DNA of 64,000 nucleotides. Origin: Eledone cirrhosa (Eukaryota). The notes below the pieces were generated by a model that worked only from the letters and a program-made list of their open reading frames with translations, was not told the origin of the DNA and ran no database searches. How positions within the stretch are numbered: the first letter of the stretch is position 1; each line of letters opens with the position of its first letter. Shown in pieces: positions 50,700 to 64,000 of the stretch. Both the position numbers and the translations under genes were made by a program. The DNA lies in the NCBI GenBank assembly GCA_964016885.1, contig OZ024747.1:33852001-33916000 (forward strand), read 5' to 3'.

Positions 50700-51022
50700 C
50701 ATCCAGTACACACTGTAAGCTGGTCTTTCTCATGCCACAAATAGAAGGCACCCAGTACACTGTAAAGTGGTTGTTTTGGTGCCATGATAAAAGGCACCCA
50801 GTTCTTGCTGTATAGTGATCGTTTTGCTGTCACAACAAAAAGCACCCAGTCCACACTGTAAATGTTGCTGGCATTAGGAAGGGCATCCAGCCATAGAAAT
50901 TAACTCTGAAATAGTTCTGTATAAGTGAGACATGGTCATCTGATCTAGCTTGTCTCACAATGGGACAGCATGGCTAACCTATGCTTGTGTGGGAAAATGG
51001 ATGTTAAATGGTAATGATGATC
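50700..51022 (+). mobile_element. SINE/RTE tail with internal 'cacccagtacacactgtaa' repeats
   Basis: ttaggaagggcatccagccatagaa..aatggatgttaaatggtaatgatga. Confidence 0.7.
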
Positions 51023-51419
51023 ATAATATAGCTACAAAGGATTCTTAAAATGAATTGAAAAATTCGGAATTCCAAAATGATTGAATAACTAGAAAAAGAA
51101 AAATCCTCCTTATAAGTTGAATCTAAAGTCTCTCTTGAGCATGGTTTCCTGGGTTTTAAGCAACTGAGAGTACAAGACTCCATGCTGGACATGACTCCAG
51201 TATATCACAGGGATGAACCCTCAGCTACTGCTCTGGAGCAAAGTGAAATGGAGTATTTTGCTTAAGAATACAACACACAACCCAGTCCAAGAATCGAACT
51301 CATTACTACTAGGCCATGGTCCCGCACTATTAAGTTGAATATTTGATAGTGGTAGTGGTGGTGGCTGTGGTGTTTAATGAGCTGCTATCTCAGTTTATAA
51401 CAAAGAGTTTTCCTTTCAT

Positions 51420-51978
51420 AGTTAAAGTTAGATTATATGATGTGTGTATACAAATTAGGATGCTATTTGGTAGTGAGAGCTAAAGCTTTGAATTTATAAG
51501 TTTTATGTCAGCTGAAAAGAAATGAAGTAAGCATACTCCACTGGATGTGTAACACTGGTGTGCATAAATGATAGAACACAAATAAGCTAAGAGAAAAGAT
51601 GAATATAAAAGAATTAGATATAGAGTGCACATGAGAATATATTAGTTATTTAAATAAGTGCTGAATGCTTGAAGTGGGTGGAACATTTGGCAAAGGGTGA
51701 CATAGGAACAATGTGGTGAAGACTGACCTGAGGAAACTGAACTTCATGAAAGTAATGACAAAGGTTCAAGATGGTTTCGGATTTGCTGTGCTAGAGAAGA
51801 AACATTCTCAGGTAGAAATAAAGCAAAATGATCATGAAAATAATATTTTTGCTATTTGCATGTGTTCTGAGATTCACAATGGAGATAAAGAAATGTGCTG
51901 AGTGGTGAGATGCTGTGCAGAAAAGGACCTGTCAACCCATGCAGGGAAAAAATGGACATAAAAATTATGATGATGATA
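51420..51978 (+). mobile_element. Decayed RTE 3' fragment
   Basis: agattatatgatgtgtgtatac..ggtagtgaga; VVKTDLRKLNF..MTK; tail cccatgcagggaaaaaatggacat..gatgatgat. Confidence 0.65.
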
Positions 51979-53486
51979 TACCCCTTAAATCTCATTAGCC
52001 TCTCATCTACCACACTATTTATTGCACCACATCTCTCTGAAATAAGTAGTGTCCTTTGTCCTGACTGTTTCAAGCCTTTCACCTTTCTCATTAATCATCA
52101 ATACTCTACCCATCTTCTATTACAATGTCTATGTAATTAGGGAGAACATTCAATCAACTTACCTTCAGTATACCTGACATGCTTCACAACTGCTAAACAT
52201 AATTATCTCTTCATTACACTCTACCACTACACACCTAGCTGCTATCTATCACTTACACAATTACCTATCTCTGCTGCTATCCATTGCTCACTCCCTCATA
52301 AAATGATGTATTTTAATTGCTCTCTCATCATGATGATATCCATAGTATTATCTCTTCTAAGTTCTAATAACAGCCAGCATGTGGTCAACACACTCCGCCA
52401 TTATCATCACTTATCTCTATTTATAATCTCTCTGCTTTCATCATTTTAATCAACACAACTCTTCTAATCACAATCTCATTCACATTTACTTTAAGAGAGT
52501 GGAGAGTGTGTAAAATGTTTGGTGCTATTAAAGGCTTTCAACTATAGAAAATATGTAAAAACTTCAAGATACACATTTGACTTGGTTCTCTGAGACATTT
52601 AGGAGAACAGTAACTGAAATAATAATGCAGGCTCTCCAGTCCATGCCAGCATGGAAAGTGAACATGAAATGATGATGATGACAACAATGATGGTGAGGAT
52701 GATAATATGTAACATATGTAGTATGATCTATGTTAAACATTTATTTTGCAATCCTTCAGAGCCATTGTTGTATTGTACCAATTGTACAAAAGTATCTTGT
52801 TCCTCTCCAATGACAGATATAGTGGATATTTACCTGAACCATTTCAATTCTCATCTGATTCCCATCATTTATATAATTATTTCTACTTTTGGCAAAAGGC
52901 TGGCAATTATCCCAGTGCATTACTGGTAATTTATTTTATCAACCTCGTAAGGTGAAGGGCAAAGTTAACCTCAGCGGGATTTGAACTCAGACCATCATTT
53001 ATATAATACCATTTGATCAGCCCACACAGAGAAATATATTATATAATTATACGCATACTTACACAAAATCCCTACATATTTTTACTCATTCACACACATA
53101 ATCATTTTACTCATTCATACACATTGGTCATTTGCAATTGGAGCACATGTATACTTGTATCTGTGTTCATCCCTCTCATATATTCAATTATGTTACATGG
53201 CTCGGAAAGATTCCCTTCTTTGAGTTATTTAATTGTAAAAGACTATTTTGAGTTTCTAACTCAATCTATGTTATATATATATATATGGGGAGCTTCCAAC
53301 AGAAATGGTCGCATTCTTTAAGGGTATGTCAATATTTATTTATAAAACTAATCTATATTATATTTTATCTGATGAAAGCACACCATAATTTAACTTGGTG
53401 TCCTTGAAATATGTATAATGAAATAAATATGGTTTTATAAATATAGTTTCCATTTGTTAATATATCATATATATATATATATATAC

Positions 53487-54059
53487 AGTTGGTGCTACTG
53501 GTAACATGTATCCCAGTACAACCTGTCTCATGGTCGGATCGTTCGCGACTAAACTGGCAACCCCACCAAGGTTTCTTGGTGAGGAGGGTGACTTTGGACA
53601 TCCTGCAGGACGAAAAACAAAACCTGTCAAAGGGCAAAGGAGCTCTTAATCACTGGGAGAGATGACCCCTTAGACTTTGTCAGGGCAGAATTCTAGGATA
53701 AGTAAAACTCTTATATAACACCTGCAACTCTGATGGTATCCAATGATGTTGACTTGTTCTTCTTTTTGGTAAATATCATCTTGGTTAAGAGAGTGGGACT
53801 GGCTTTGTGCAGTGCCTTTGCTCACTATAAAAGCTTCACGGCACAGGCATTGCTTTATACCTGGAGATCTCTCTGCACTTGTCGTCACATGGTACCATGG
53901 GCCTAGCACTATGTGTCAATAATTGTCACAGGTGTAGTGTTTGTACCAGAGTTTTCAAGTCGCTGGCTGGACTAAAGTCACATTCGTTCAGCGCATCGGT
54001 AGGAGTTCTCCTACATGGATATAAAGTAGTGGCCGTACTCGAAAACGAGTTGGCAGCCA

Positions 54060-54062
<3 letters not shown>
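53487..54062 (+). mobile_element. Non-autonomous bipartite RTE derivative (5'UTR fused to 3' end)
   Basis: 53650-53855 resembles 58594-58815; 53930-54062 resembles the last C2H2 finger and terminal stem-loop at 62370-62662; (TA)n flanks. Confidence 0.72.
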
Positions 54063-54112
<50 letters not shown>

Positions 54113-56564
54113 ATCTTTTTTTCTATAATTGTATACTTGTTAAACTGAGTTATCTTCTTTAGTGTTATATACTGACATAGCCATCACAACCCCTTTAGCT
54201 ATACGATCAAGTATGTAGAGTATATATATCAATTTATTTGCCGACCATTCTATGTCATAGTCATGTATGTTTAAAAATCCATCAAAAACGGAAAGAATAC
54301 AAAATATAATTTATCACAAATTCGTTGATTTATTCATAAAAAACTAATCCCCTAATGGTAGATAACATTGTTTTGTAGTTGTTGATCTAGATCTTTCACT
54401 TTTCCCTTATTCCCTTCATGAAAATAACCTTTGGCATCATGATCATTAGCAGCAACAGCAGTAAAAGCAGCAAAACCATGATCATTGTCATCAAATCATC
54501 AGTGTCACACCATCATCATCAGTGCCACACCATCATCATCAGTGTCACACCATCATCAGCATTGTCACACCATCATCATCATCATCATTGTCATTACCAT
54601 CAACAGCAGCAGCACCATCATCATCAATTTCATCGCTGTTGTTGTTCCCATCATGCTCATAACATCCTTATCATCTTAGTAACCACTATCATCACCATCT
54701 TCATGAACATCATCATCATATACTACTACGTATTCTAACCAGTGTTTGATATGTTAGTCTGCCCAATTCAGGAGGCTGTGCAGTTTATTTATCTTTGTGC
54801 AGAATGCCTTCTCAATTTCTCAATCTGTCTTTATCTGTTCTCATCTCTTGTCATTATGTGCTATAAATAATAGATCTATACTGTAAAAGCATGTATTCAT
54901 ATATCAATTGAACAGACAGCCAAGAAAATTAGTTTGACAGAATTTATGTTGGTGTATGGATATATATCTTTTGGCCTCGACTATTTTGTGACCTAAGTGT
55001 ACTAAAGAGCAAAATGTATGATAAAAACAGAATTGTTTTCATTTCTTTTGTTGAATTCATCTTATGCCACAGATCCATAACAGCAACAACAACAATCTCA
55101 ACTCTGATAACAATAACACAACTGCAACTTTGTCTATTCCTTGGGATTTGGTGTTTATTTATTATTCATGAGGCATAAAATGTCAGTGAATTGTCAGAAA
55201 AGCTACAGAGCTTTACTAAGTGTATACATTTAGTTTTGGCTCTTAGGGTCTGAGTTCAAGTCACTTTAAAGTCTAATTTATTTTTCCTCTTGCTAGCAAG
55301 CCAATGAGAAAGAAAATAGGGTTTATAAAATATTCACCAGTAAAATCTATGGAAAACAGGATCCTACTACAACCCTCGGGAAATCAACTCAAAGACGATA
55401 CAAACCTCAGTAGGGGGCAGATGCTACAAGCAATGGAAAATCGTGAATTGTGGAGAGAATTTGTCAGGAATGTTTGACTTTGGTCTCACTGATGATGATG
55501 ATTAACAGGGAAATTGATCTTAATGTTTTTTTGGTATCAACCCACAATAAACCTAACTATGGTTCTGTGATTCAAATATATACTGAAATAAAAACCCTTC
55601 AGCATAACAACATGTTTTTTTAATGTTATATTCAGAAAACCAGTTATATTACAGAAAAGTTAGTCCCTTCAGAAAATCTTTGCTAGTTATTCATCAAACA
55701 AGCTGCCATTTTACAACGCTTTTTATACAAAAACAAAACATTATTAAAATCAAGAAAACAAGAAAAAAAGAGATAGGAAATGAAAAGGAAAGAATAAAGC
55801 AATGAAAGAAAGGGAGAGGGATAGACACTATATCCCAGATTGAGCAGTGCCTCAGCTGCACCCCACTGACAAAATTGCAAAGATGTTTCTGTGGAGAATA
55901 ACCAGAGACACCCACTGCAAGGCCATCCCACCTTATGTGGTGCCCACCTCATGTGGGCCCCCAACATTCCGATTTTACAAAGGAAGTCAGTAGCACATAG
56001 ACCAGGGACACTAGAGGTCTTGACAGTGACTGGTACAAAGAGGAAGCAGTCAGTCAAAACTTGGTATTTATCTATTCAAAAATACACAAGTAAAATATTT
56101 TATTGAAGATATGTTCACTAAACTGTTTCAGTAAGAAATCAGTTTTCATGAGGCAAAATAATTGTTAAGACAAAGAACTAGAGAATAAAAAACAAAGAGT
56201 AAATGTATCATTAAATTCAAGTTGAGGTATATATACAGTAAACTATGGTGGTATGGTCCCATAACTCCTGATAGAGTCGTAGGGGTGCTGTATTGCCATA
56301 TAGTATTTCTGGGGCATTCCAAGCCTGGCAGAGCCCATCCCTCTACAGGCCTGAGTATAGCACTTCTCTTCCAGAGAAAGATAGAAAGTGAAAGAGAAGA
56401 AGAAACGACCAAGTACTAGACTAGTACATCTTTATCGACCTTGAAAGGATGAAAGGCAAAGTTGACCTCGGCAGGATTTAAACTCAGAGAGCAGAGAGCC
56501 AGAATGAATACCATAAAGCATTCTATCCAATGCAATGTTCTAACGACTCTGCCAATTCGCCGAT

Positions 56565-57575
56565 TATAAATATACCAAGACAGTGCTAAATTCCATCAAG
56601 AAAAGCATATTCGACAGAATATCCACCCTGTCAGCCAAAGCAGAGATATTCGAACAACATACTGAATACTACAACAACACACTGACTAGGGCTGGTTATA
56701 CCGAATCCATTAGGTGGTACAATAGACGTAGTGACCTTAATGTAGCCAACTCCAACACCAGACACACAGAACTCTAGTACACTAGCTATAGACCCACCCT
56801 TGATGGCATTTTGGCATCCGCTAACCTAGCCCAACCAAAGCTAATCGGAACCTCCCAGCCATGACAACATACAGACCATGGCGCAACAAGGTACAGTGCA
56901 CACTCCGACAACTGTTGCCCTCCTAAGGACCATATATCAATTCGTACCGAGAACCACGCTGACAATGACGACCACAACTCTACTCCTGCAGCTGGTACCA
57001 ACACCACATGCAGCCTTGATAACAACAACAACACCCACTGTCAAACCGGAAACCTACCAAGCCTCAGGTTCCTGCCCCCGACTACCTGTCAGTCGACTCC
57101 TTGACACAAAAGGAACCGGGGGTAGGAGTGCCAAACACTTAGAACACATCCGACATACCATCACCACGGGACCCGAACTAACCAGCTCCTCCTCTCGGAC
57201 CTTACCATCAACCAAGAGGATAACCACAGACGCCTTCGTAATGCAATGACTGACAGCTGCACCACATCAATCAATACATGTCCAACCCCAGCACAGTCTG
57301 CCTACTACAAAACCACACAAAGGCCATCCAGCTTAAGGATGCTAACATCACTTTTAGAACGGAATGGGACGTCATACGAGGAGCACCGCCGTTCCACTTA
57401 GAAGGACGACACTGCCAGTTATGCTTTGCGGAAGCAGTGGAAATAATAAGACTGAAAAAAATGCAGCATAAATCGTGATGAAAAATACAGTGAAATCTTG
57501 ATTAACTGTTTGCACCAGCGCACCCAGCTTTTCGACAGGTAGCTGGACAATCAGAAGCTAAGGAATACCAAGTAA
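56565..57575 (+). mobile_element. Decayed PLE fragment related to family 2
   Basis: NSI..RISTLSAKAEIFEQHTEYYNNTLTRAGY (cf. 32409..32690); LKDANITF..W..CQLCFAEAVEII. Confidence 0.7.
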
Positions 57576-57702
57576 TCCACAGCCACATATCGACCAAACA
57601 CACAAGCAAGTGAAAGAAATCTATTTGAATATTCTCCTACTTATAACTCTTTATATTTATACCATCTCTCAAATTATTACTGTCATTATTATTATTACCT
57701 CT

Positions 57703-58115
57703 AGGGCGGTGGATTGGCAGTATCGGTAGAGGGTCGGACACCATGCTTTGACGCATAGAGTTACGGCCCTTGCCATTCTGTGTTCAAATCCCGCCGAGGT
57801 TAACTTTGCCTTTCATCCTTACGGGGTCGATAAAATAAAGTACCAGTAATACACTGGGTATGTGCTGGCCTTGGGCCAATAGTAGAAACAATTATTATTA
57901 CCTCTGCTGTGGATTTGGGCGGTGAATTGGCATATCGGTAGAGGGTCGGACGCCATGCTTTCCAGCATAGTTACGTCCCTTTACGGCCTGAGTTCAAATC
58001 CCGTCGAGGTTAACTTTGCCTTTCATCCTTACGGGGTCGATAAAATAATGTACCAGTAATGTACTGGGTATTTGCTGGCCTGGTGCCAAATGTAGAAATA
58101 ATTATTACCTCTGCT
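57703..58115 (+). mobile_element. Head-to-tail dimer of tRNA-derived SINE
   Basis: gggcggtg.attggca.tatcggtagag at 57704 and 57917; B box GTTCAAATCC; attattacctct at all three junctions. Confidence 0.85.
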
Positions 58116-58374
58116 ATATGTACATGGGTGTATGCAGAGGCACACATCGGTGTGTCCTGGCGACTCCACACATACATAAGAATATGTATGTCTGTTTCTA
58201 CGTGTATATGGGGGAGCACACAGGCATGTGTATGTACATGTGTGTGTGTGTGTATATATATATATATGTGTATGTATATGTATATGTGTGTACACTTATG
58301 TATACGTATGTGTGTGTGTACGTGTATATGTGTGTATGTGTGTCTGTATGTGTGCATATGTCTGTGTATATATG

Positions 58375-58405
<31 letters not shown>

Positions 58406-58547
58406 AAGTGAGTAGAGTAGCGTGTGTGTGTTTGTTTGTATGTATGTGTTGCTGTGTGCGCGCATATGTTGTATGCGTGTGTGTGTATGTCGTACGTATA
58501 AGTGTCAATAAGTGAGTTCTTTTTTTTTTTTTTTTTTTTTGCGCGCG

Positions 58548-61500
58548 GAGACATAGAAATAATCGGGCTGGATGCCCGATCGCGCAGTTAAACCACTGGG
58601 AGTGAAGGACCCCTAGCCCTTGTCAGGGCATTCTTCTAGGAGAAGGCATCTCAGGAAACTGGGTTAACTCCGATATAAAACCTGCGGCTCAGTAGTTACC
58701 GATGATGTTGATCTATTCTTCTTTTCGGGTTATAGCTACTGTCGCTCAGAGAGTGGGATTGGCTCAGTGCACAGTCTTTCCTCACTTTAAAAATATTCGT
58801 CACGCACAGGCATTGCACGAGTGCATTAATAATTATTAATAGTGTACTATTATTATTATTATTATTATTATTACTATTATTATTAATTTTTTTTTTTTCC
58901 AATTCAATGATGTTCCAGAACAATGGAAAAGAGATAATTGGCCATTTAGGTTCTGGAACAAAAAAGATCATTGGCAATAAGGGCAGGGGCCCCAAGTTAT
59001 CACAGCCTGGGCCCGCTCGTCATCGTGCCATTGTAATAGAGCCAAACAAGGCATTTAGTCTTGGCTGCTGGAACGTACGGACGCTGCTTGACAGGATTCC
59101 TTGGAGCGTCCTGAACGAAGGACCGCTCTTGTTGCAAAGGAGCTTCGACGTTACGATCTTGACATCGTGGCTTTATCTGAGACGAGGTTAGCTGGAGATG
59201 GTCATCTTACGGAATTTTGTGGAGAATATACATTCTTCTGGAAAGGAAGCGATGAAGGAACCAGAAGAGAGGCTGGGGTAGGATTTGCTGCTAAGACTGT
59301 ACTTGTGAATAAATTAGAAGAATTCCTAGTAGGGATTAGTGAGCGTCTTATGTCCATGAGAGTTCCGCTGGACAAGGGAAGATATGCTACCCTGGTGAGT
59401 GTGTATGCTCCAACTATGAATTCTGTCGATGAAGAAAAACTGTCCTTCTACGATGCCTTGAAAGGTGTTCTAAGAAATATCCCCCAGGCAGACAAAGTCA
59501 TCGTGCTTGGTGACTTTAATGCTAGAGTGGGTAGGGATTTTAACACATGGAATGTAATCGGAAGGCATGGGGTGGGAAAGTGTAACAGCAATGGTATGCT
59601 CCTGCTGCAGATGTGTGAGGAGCTGGATCTGTGTGTTACCAACACCATGTTCCAACAAAAGAACACATTCAAGACCACATGGATGCATCCTGCATCTAAG
59701 GAATGGCATCTTTTGGACTACGTCCTAGTCAGGATGCGTGACAGACAGGATGTGCAGTGTGTTCGTGTTCTTCGTGGAGCTGAGTGCTGGACGGACCACC
59801 GCCTGGTACGCGCAAAAGTGAAACTAATCACCAAACGTAAAATCCGGGCTCCTGGTGTTACCCTGCCCAAAAGATTGAATGCTGCTCGTCTTAAGGATAA
59901 AAATGTGAAGAGGACATTGGAAGAAGAGATGCAGGCTGCAGATCTTGGTGAGGATTGGCCGACCCTTAAAAAGTCGGTTTATGATGTAGGCAGGCGTGTT
60001 CTGGGATTGGTGCAGAGAAAACATCAGGACTGGTTTAATGAGAATGATGTACATATAGAAGACTTGTTGGCTGATAAGAGGCGTGCTCTGTCACGCTACT
60101 TGACGGCAAAACCACAGGAGAGGAATACGTTGCATGAGGAGCTCAGGGATGTAAAATCACGTGTTAGGCGGATTCTTTCTCAGATGAAGGATCAGTGGTG
60201 GGGTGCGAAGGCAGGTGAGATACAAACTGCGTCTGATTCCAATAACACAAAGCTGTTGTACAGTCTCTTGCGTGAGGTTTATGGACCGTCTTCTTCTCTG
60301 GTGACACCGCTTCGCAGCAAGGATGGCAAAGAACTTCTTCGGGACACACAGGGAATTCTACGAAGGTGGCGAGAGCACTTTGATGATCTTTTGAATCAGC
60401 CGTCTGTCGTCAGTGAAGATTTCATCAATCTCATTCCAGAAAGTCCTGTGAAAGTAGCTCTCGCAGAACCTCCGACGCTTCTGGAGGTTGCAGTGGCTAT
60501 TTCGAAGCTGAACAGTGGAAGATCTCCAGGTATGGATGGCATACATGCTGAGCTCCTACAATATGGTGGTGAGAGACTCCTGCAACATCTGCACTCTTTG
60601 TTTGGAAGGATATGGGCTAATGAATCCGTACCTGAGGACTGGAGAGATGCAGAAACGGTGGTCTTGTACAAGGGTAACAGGAATGATTGTGGGAACTACA
60701 GAGGTATATCATTGCTTTCTGTCGTAGGGAAAGTTTTATGTAGGGTGCTTCTGGACCGTCTGCTGACACACATTGCAGATTGTGTTCTTCCTGAAAGTCA
60801 ATCTGGTTTTCGTGCTGGACGCGGCAATACTGATATGATCTTCTCAGCTAGACAGCTCCAGGAGAAATGCATTGAACAAGGCTTGGATCTGTATCAGGTT
60901 TTTGTCGATCTGACAAAGGCTTTCGATACTGTCAACAGAGATGCATTGAGGACGGTTCTCCAGAAACTTGGTTGCCCTGATAAGTTCCTTGCTTTAGTTA
61001 GGTCTTTCCATGACGACATGAAGGCTTGGGTTAATGTCGGAGGTAACATGTCGGAGCCTATCTCAGTAAAAAATGGAGTGAAACAGGGGGATATTCCAGC
61101 ACCGACCCTGTTTGCCATATACTTTGCAATGGTTTTCTGTATTGCATTCAGGAATTGCGAGCATGGTGTTTACATCCGATATCGAACCTTAGGCAGCATA
61201 TTTAACATCAGGCGCTTTGCTGCGAAGACAAAAGTATTTACATCAATCATAAGAGACCTCTTGTATGCAGATGATTGCGATCTTGTAGCGCACACAAAGA
61301 GTGATATGCAGCACATTTTGAATGCATTTTATGATGCTTGCACTGCCCTGGGTTTGACTGTCAGTCTCAAGAAAACGTCGTCATGTACCAACCTGCCCCT
61401 AGTAAGCAGTACACTGAACCAAACATCTATGTGTATGGCAAACGACTTGGAGTGGTTGGTCAGTTTGTCTACCTGGGAAGCACTGTCAATCGATACGGCA

Positions 61501-62662
61501 ACCTTGACAGTGAAATCTCACTTAGGATTAGGAAAGCAAGTGATGCTTTCGGAAAGCTAGAAAGGCGACTCTGGGGTCGGCGAAACATATGCAGGAGGAC
61601 AAAGGTAAAGGTGTACAGGGCATGTGTACTCTCTTGTCTTCTTTATGCCTGCGAGACCTGGGTCACATATCGACACCACCTTAAGCAATTGGAGCGTTTC
61701 CATCAGATGTGTCTCAGACGGATCCATGGCGTTCAGTGGAGGGACCACATCAGTGATGTCGAGATTTTGGAAAGCTCTATGTGTGACAGTATAGAAGCTC
61801 TTGGGCTTAAGCAACGACTCCGTTGGAGTGGTCACCTTGCCAGGATGAAGGATTCTAGAATACCAAAACAACTCTTCTATGGAGAGTTGGTTAAAGGAAA
61901 ACGACCGCCACATAAACCAAAAAAGAGGTATAAGGATTCCTTGAAAGCCTCTCTGAAAGACGCTAACATCTCTGCTGATACATGGGAAAATGTTGCTGCT
62001 GATCGTAATACATGGAGAAAGACTGTATATGAGGGAAAAGTTGCCTTTGAGGCATCTCGAATCGCACACGAGAAAGTAAAGTGGGATGTGAGGAAGGGCA
62101 TTGCTGTTGCACTTCCAGACGGCGAGGGTCCTCCTATGGTGCTGATATGCAGCGTCTGTGCGAGACTCTGCCTAAGCAAAGCTGGACTCGAAAGTCATCT
62201 TCGCAGTCATAAAGTAAGACCAGTGGTTGACTACCAGGCTGCTGTTGGAGATGCTACTTATCATGCTTGCCAAACATGTGGTAGAGAATGTAAATCAGCA
62301 GGAGGGCTCAAGCGACATGCAAAAGAACACGAACTCCAACCACAGCCGACTATTCCCAGTGAATGTTTTGGTTGCCGACTCTGTGCAAGACATTTTAGAT
62401 CATTGGCTGGGTTAAAAAGGCACATTCGATCGCAGCACTGTTAGTTGCTATCGTGTGTGTGCGTGTAGATATGCTTATGTGCGTGCGTATGTGTGTATAT
62501 ATATATGAATATGTATATTATTATTGTTGTTGTCGTTATTATTATTATTGCTATTATTATTATTATTATTATTATTATTTTTATTTTATTTTATTTTATT
62601 TATTTATTTATTTTTTTCCTTCTCGTGCAATGGCCATACTCGATAACGAGGGGCAGCCATCA
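58548..62662 (+). mobile_element. Near-intact RTE-clade LINE (5'UTR, APE-RT ORF, 3x C2H2, 3' stem-loop)
   Basis: GCWNVRTL, DIVALSETR, LGDFNARVG, WTDHRLV, YRGISLL, FVDLTKAFD, GVKQGD, YADD, FVYLGS, RLRWSGH. Confidence 0.95.
58907..62444 (+). pseudogene. RTE APE-RT polyprotein broken by two frameshifts (~59100, ~61375)
   Basis: ORFs 58907..59191, 59101..61560, 61338..62444 join into one colinear protein. Confidence 0.9.
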
Positions 62663-63351
62663 TATGCATAAGATAAGTATATAGGTTCAACAATCTGGCA
62701 GGAAGGTGTGTGTTGCTGACGATGGCTAATGAGCTTGAAACTGGTACAGCGTTCCTTTGTCAGTGTTGAACAAGCGAGCAACGATGGTTGCTGGACACTG
62801 CGGCTTAATACGGGATGTTTGTTTACAAACACACCGAACATTATAATAAATGTGCGGTGAATCCATACGTACATATATATATATATATGTGCATGTATGT
62901 ATATATATATACATACTACTGTACGTCTGTATACATATATGTATGTACGTATACATACTTATATTTAAGTAACAGCCGTACTAAGAGTGAGAAATGAAAT
63001 TTCGTTTAATTTTTTCGGTTTATCGTTTTCGGTGCACCCGGCCGATTAACCCACTCGATATGCAAATTGGGCCGTTAATATGCATAAGGTAAGTATATAG
63101 GTTCAACAAGCGAGCAACGATGGTTGCTGGACACTGCGGCTTAATACGGGATGTTTGTTTACAAACACACCGAACATTATAATAAATGTGCGGTGAATCC
63201 ATACGTACATATATATATATGTGTGCATGTATGTATATATATATACATACTACTGTACGTCTGTATACATATACGTATGTACGTGTACATACTTATATTT
63301 AAGTAACAGCCGTACTAAGAGTGGGAAATGAAATTTCGTTTCATTTTTTCC

Positions 63352-63355
<4 letters not shown>
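62663..63355 (-). repeat. Family X, two tandem copies (second with ~80-bp deletion)
   Basis: tatgcataag at 62663 and 63079; aagcgagcaacg at 62772 and 63108. Confidence 0.8.
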
Positions 63356-63399
<44 letters not shown>

Positions 63400-63477
63400 A
63401 TGTGAGTGCGTATATATATACATATTTATATATGTATTTGTTTTTCAAGGTTTTGATATGAAATCATGTGTTGAAGC

Positions 63478-64000
63478 AAATATTGTTATATTTGGGGAGG
63501 GTCATATTGTTATCATGTTGCCAGAAATGATAATAAAACTCACTCACTGTTTGGTTTGTTTTCACATCTGTATCTTTTATATCTTCATAGTTAATTCGTT
63601 TGGTAATCAATGTTTATTATTGATTGACCAATGGTTAAAAATACAGATATAAATATATATATATAGTCTATCAAAATTTGTTCATCACATATCTGTGACA
63701 TCATCAGTGCTACTATTATGTTTCCTCCCATTGTATTGTAATGTCTACGCCATTTTTATTTTATCTATTTATTTATTTATCCTTGTCTCTGTCTGTTTGC
63801 TCATGCGTTTGAGTGTGAGTTTAATGTTTGGTGTGTGTGTTGGTATTTGAGTCTATGTGTTTTTCTATTCTATCTTTGTTCGCTAGTGTGTGTTTAGGTG
63901 TATTTGTTATTATTGTACTTGTGTATATATTTATTTATTTACTTATATTTACCTTAGGTCAGTATTGTGTGTTTGTGTATGGTTGTTGTTTTATTCCATT
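63478..64000 (-). mobile_element. 3' end / pLTR of PLE family 3, runs off the window
   Basis: Reverse-complement similarity to 42088-42678. Confidence 0.8.

Noticed and set aside
58590-58650. ggacccctagccc as twister ribozyme core in the RTE 5'UTR
   Set aside because: Deviates from the twister consensus and the pseudoknot pairings were not found

Overview
AT-rich eukaryotic (metazoan) non-coding DNA made almost entirely of retroelements and microsatellites. The SINE/RTE/Penelope repertoire resembles an octopod cephalopod (inference, not verified), and no host gene can be called with confidence. It contains several RTE-clade LINE copies (one near-intact with three C-terminal C2H2 fingers), a young Tx1/L1 LINE with a 21-bp TSD, a decayed R4/Dong-like fragment, tRNA-derived SINEs, and at least three families of Penelope-like elements (PLEs; RT + GIY-YIG) in inverted and nested arrangements. 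The main hidden signal is a dense set of type I hammerhead ribozyme (HHR) motifs, all folded by eye. The best case is a non-coding ~555-bp x 4.3 tandem array (22431-24807) with one HHR per unit on the minus strand, i.e. a retrozyme-like, potentially circRNA-producing element. Other small non-coding units (about 500, 410, 260 and 250 bp) show PLE-style tandem or inverted architecture, atypical HHR cores (U3-A8, U4C, U4A) or a tRNA cloverleaf, and most abut (TA)n microsatellites.
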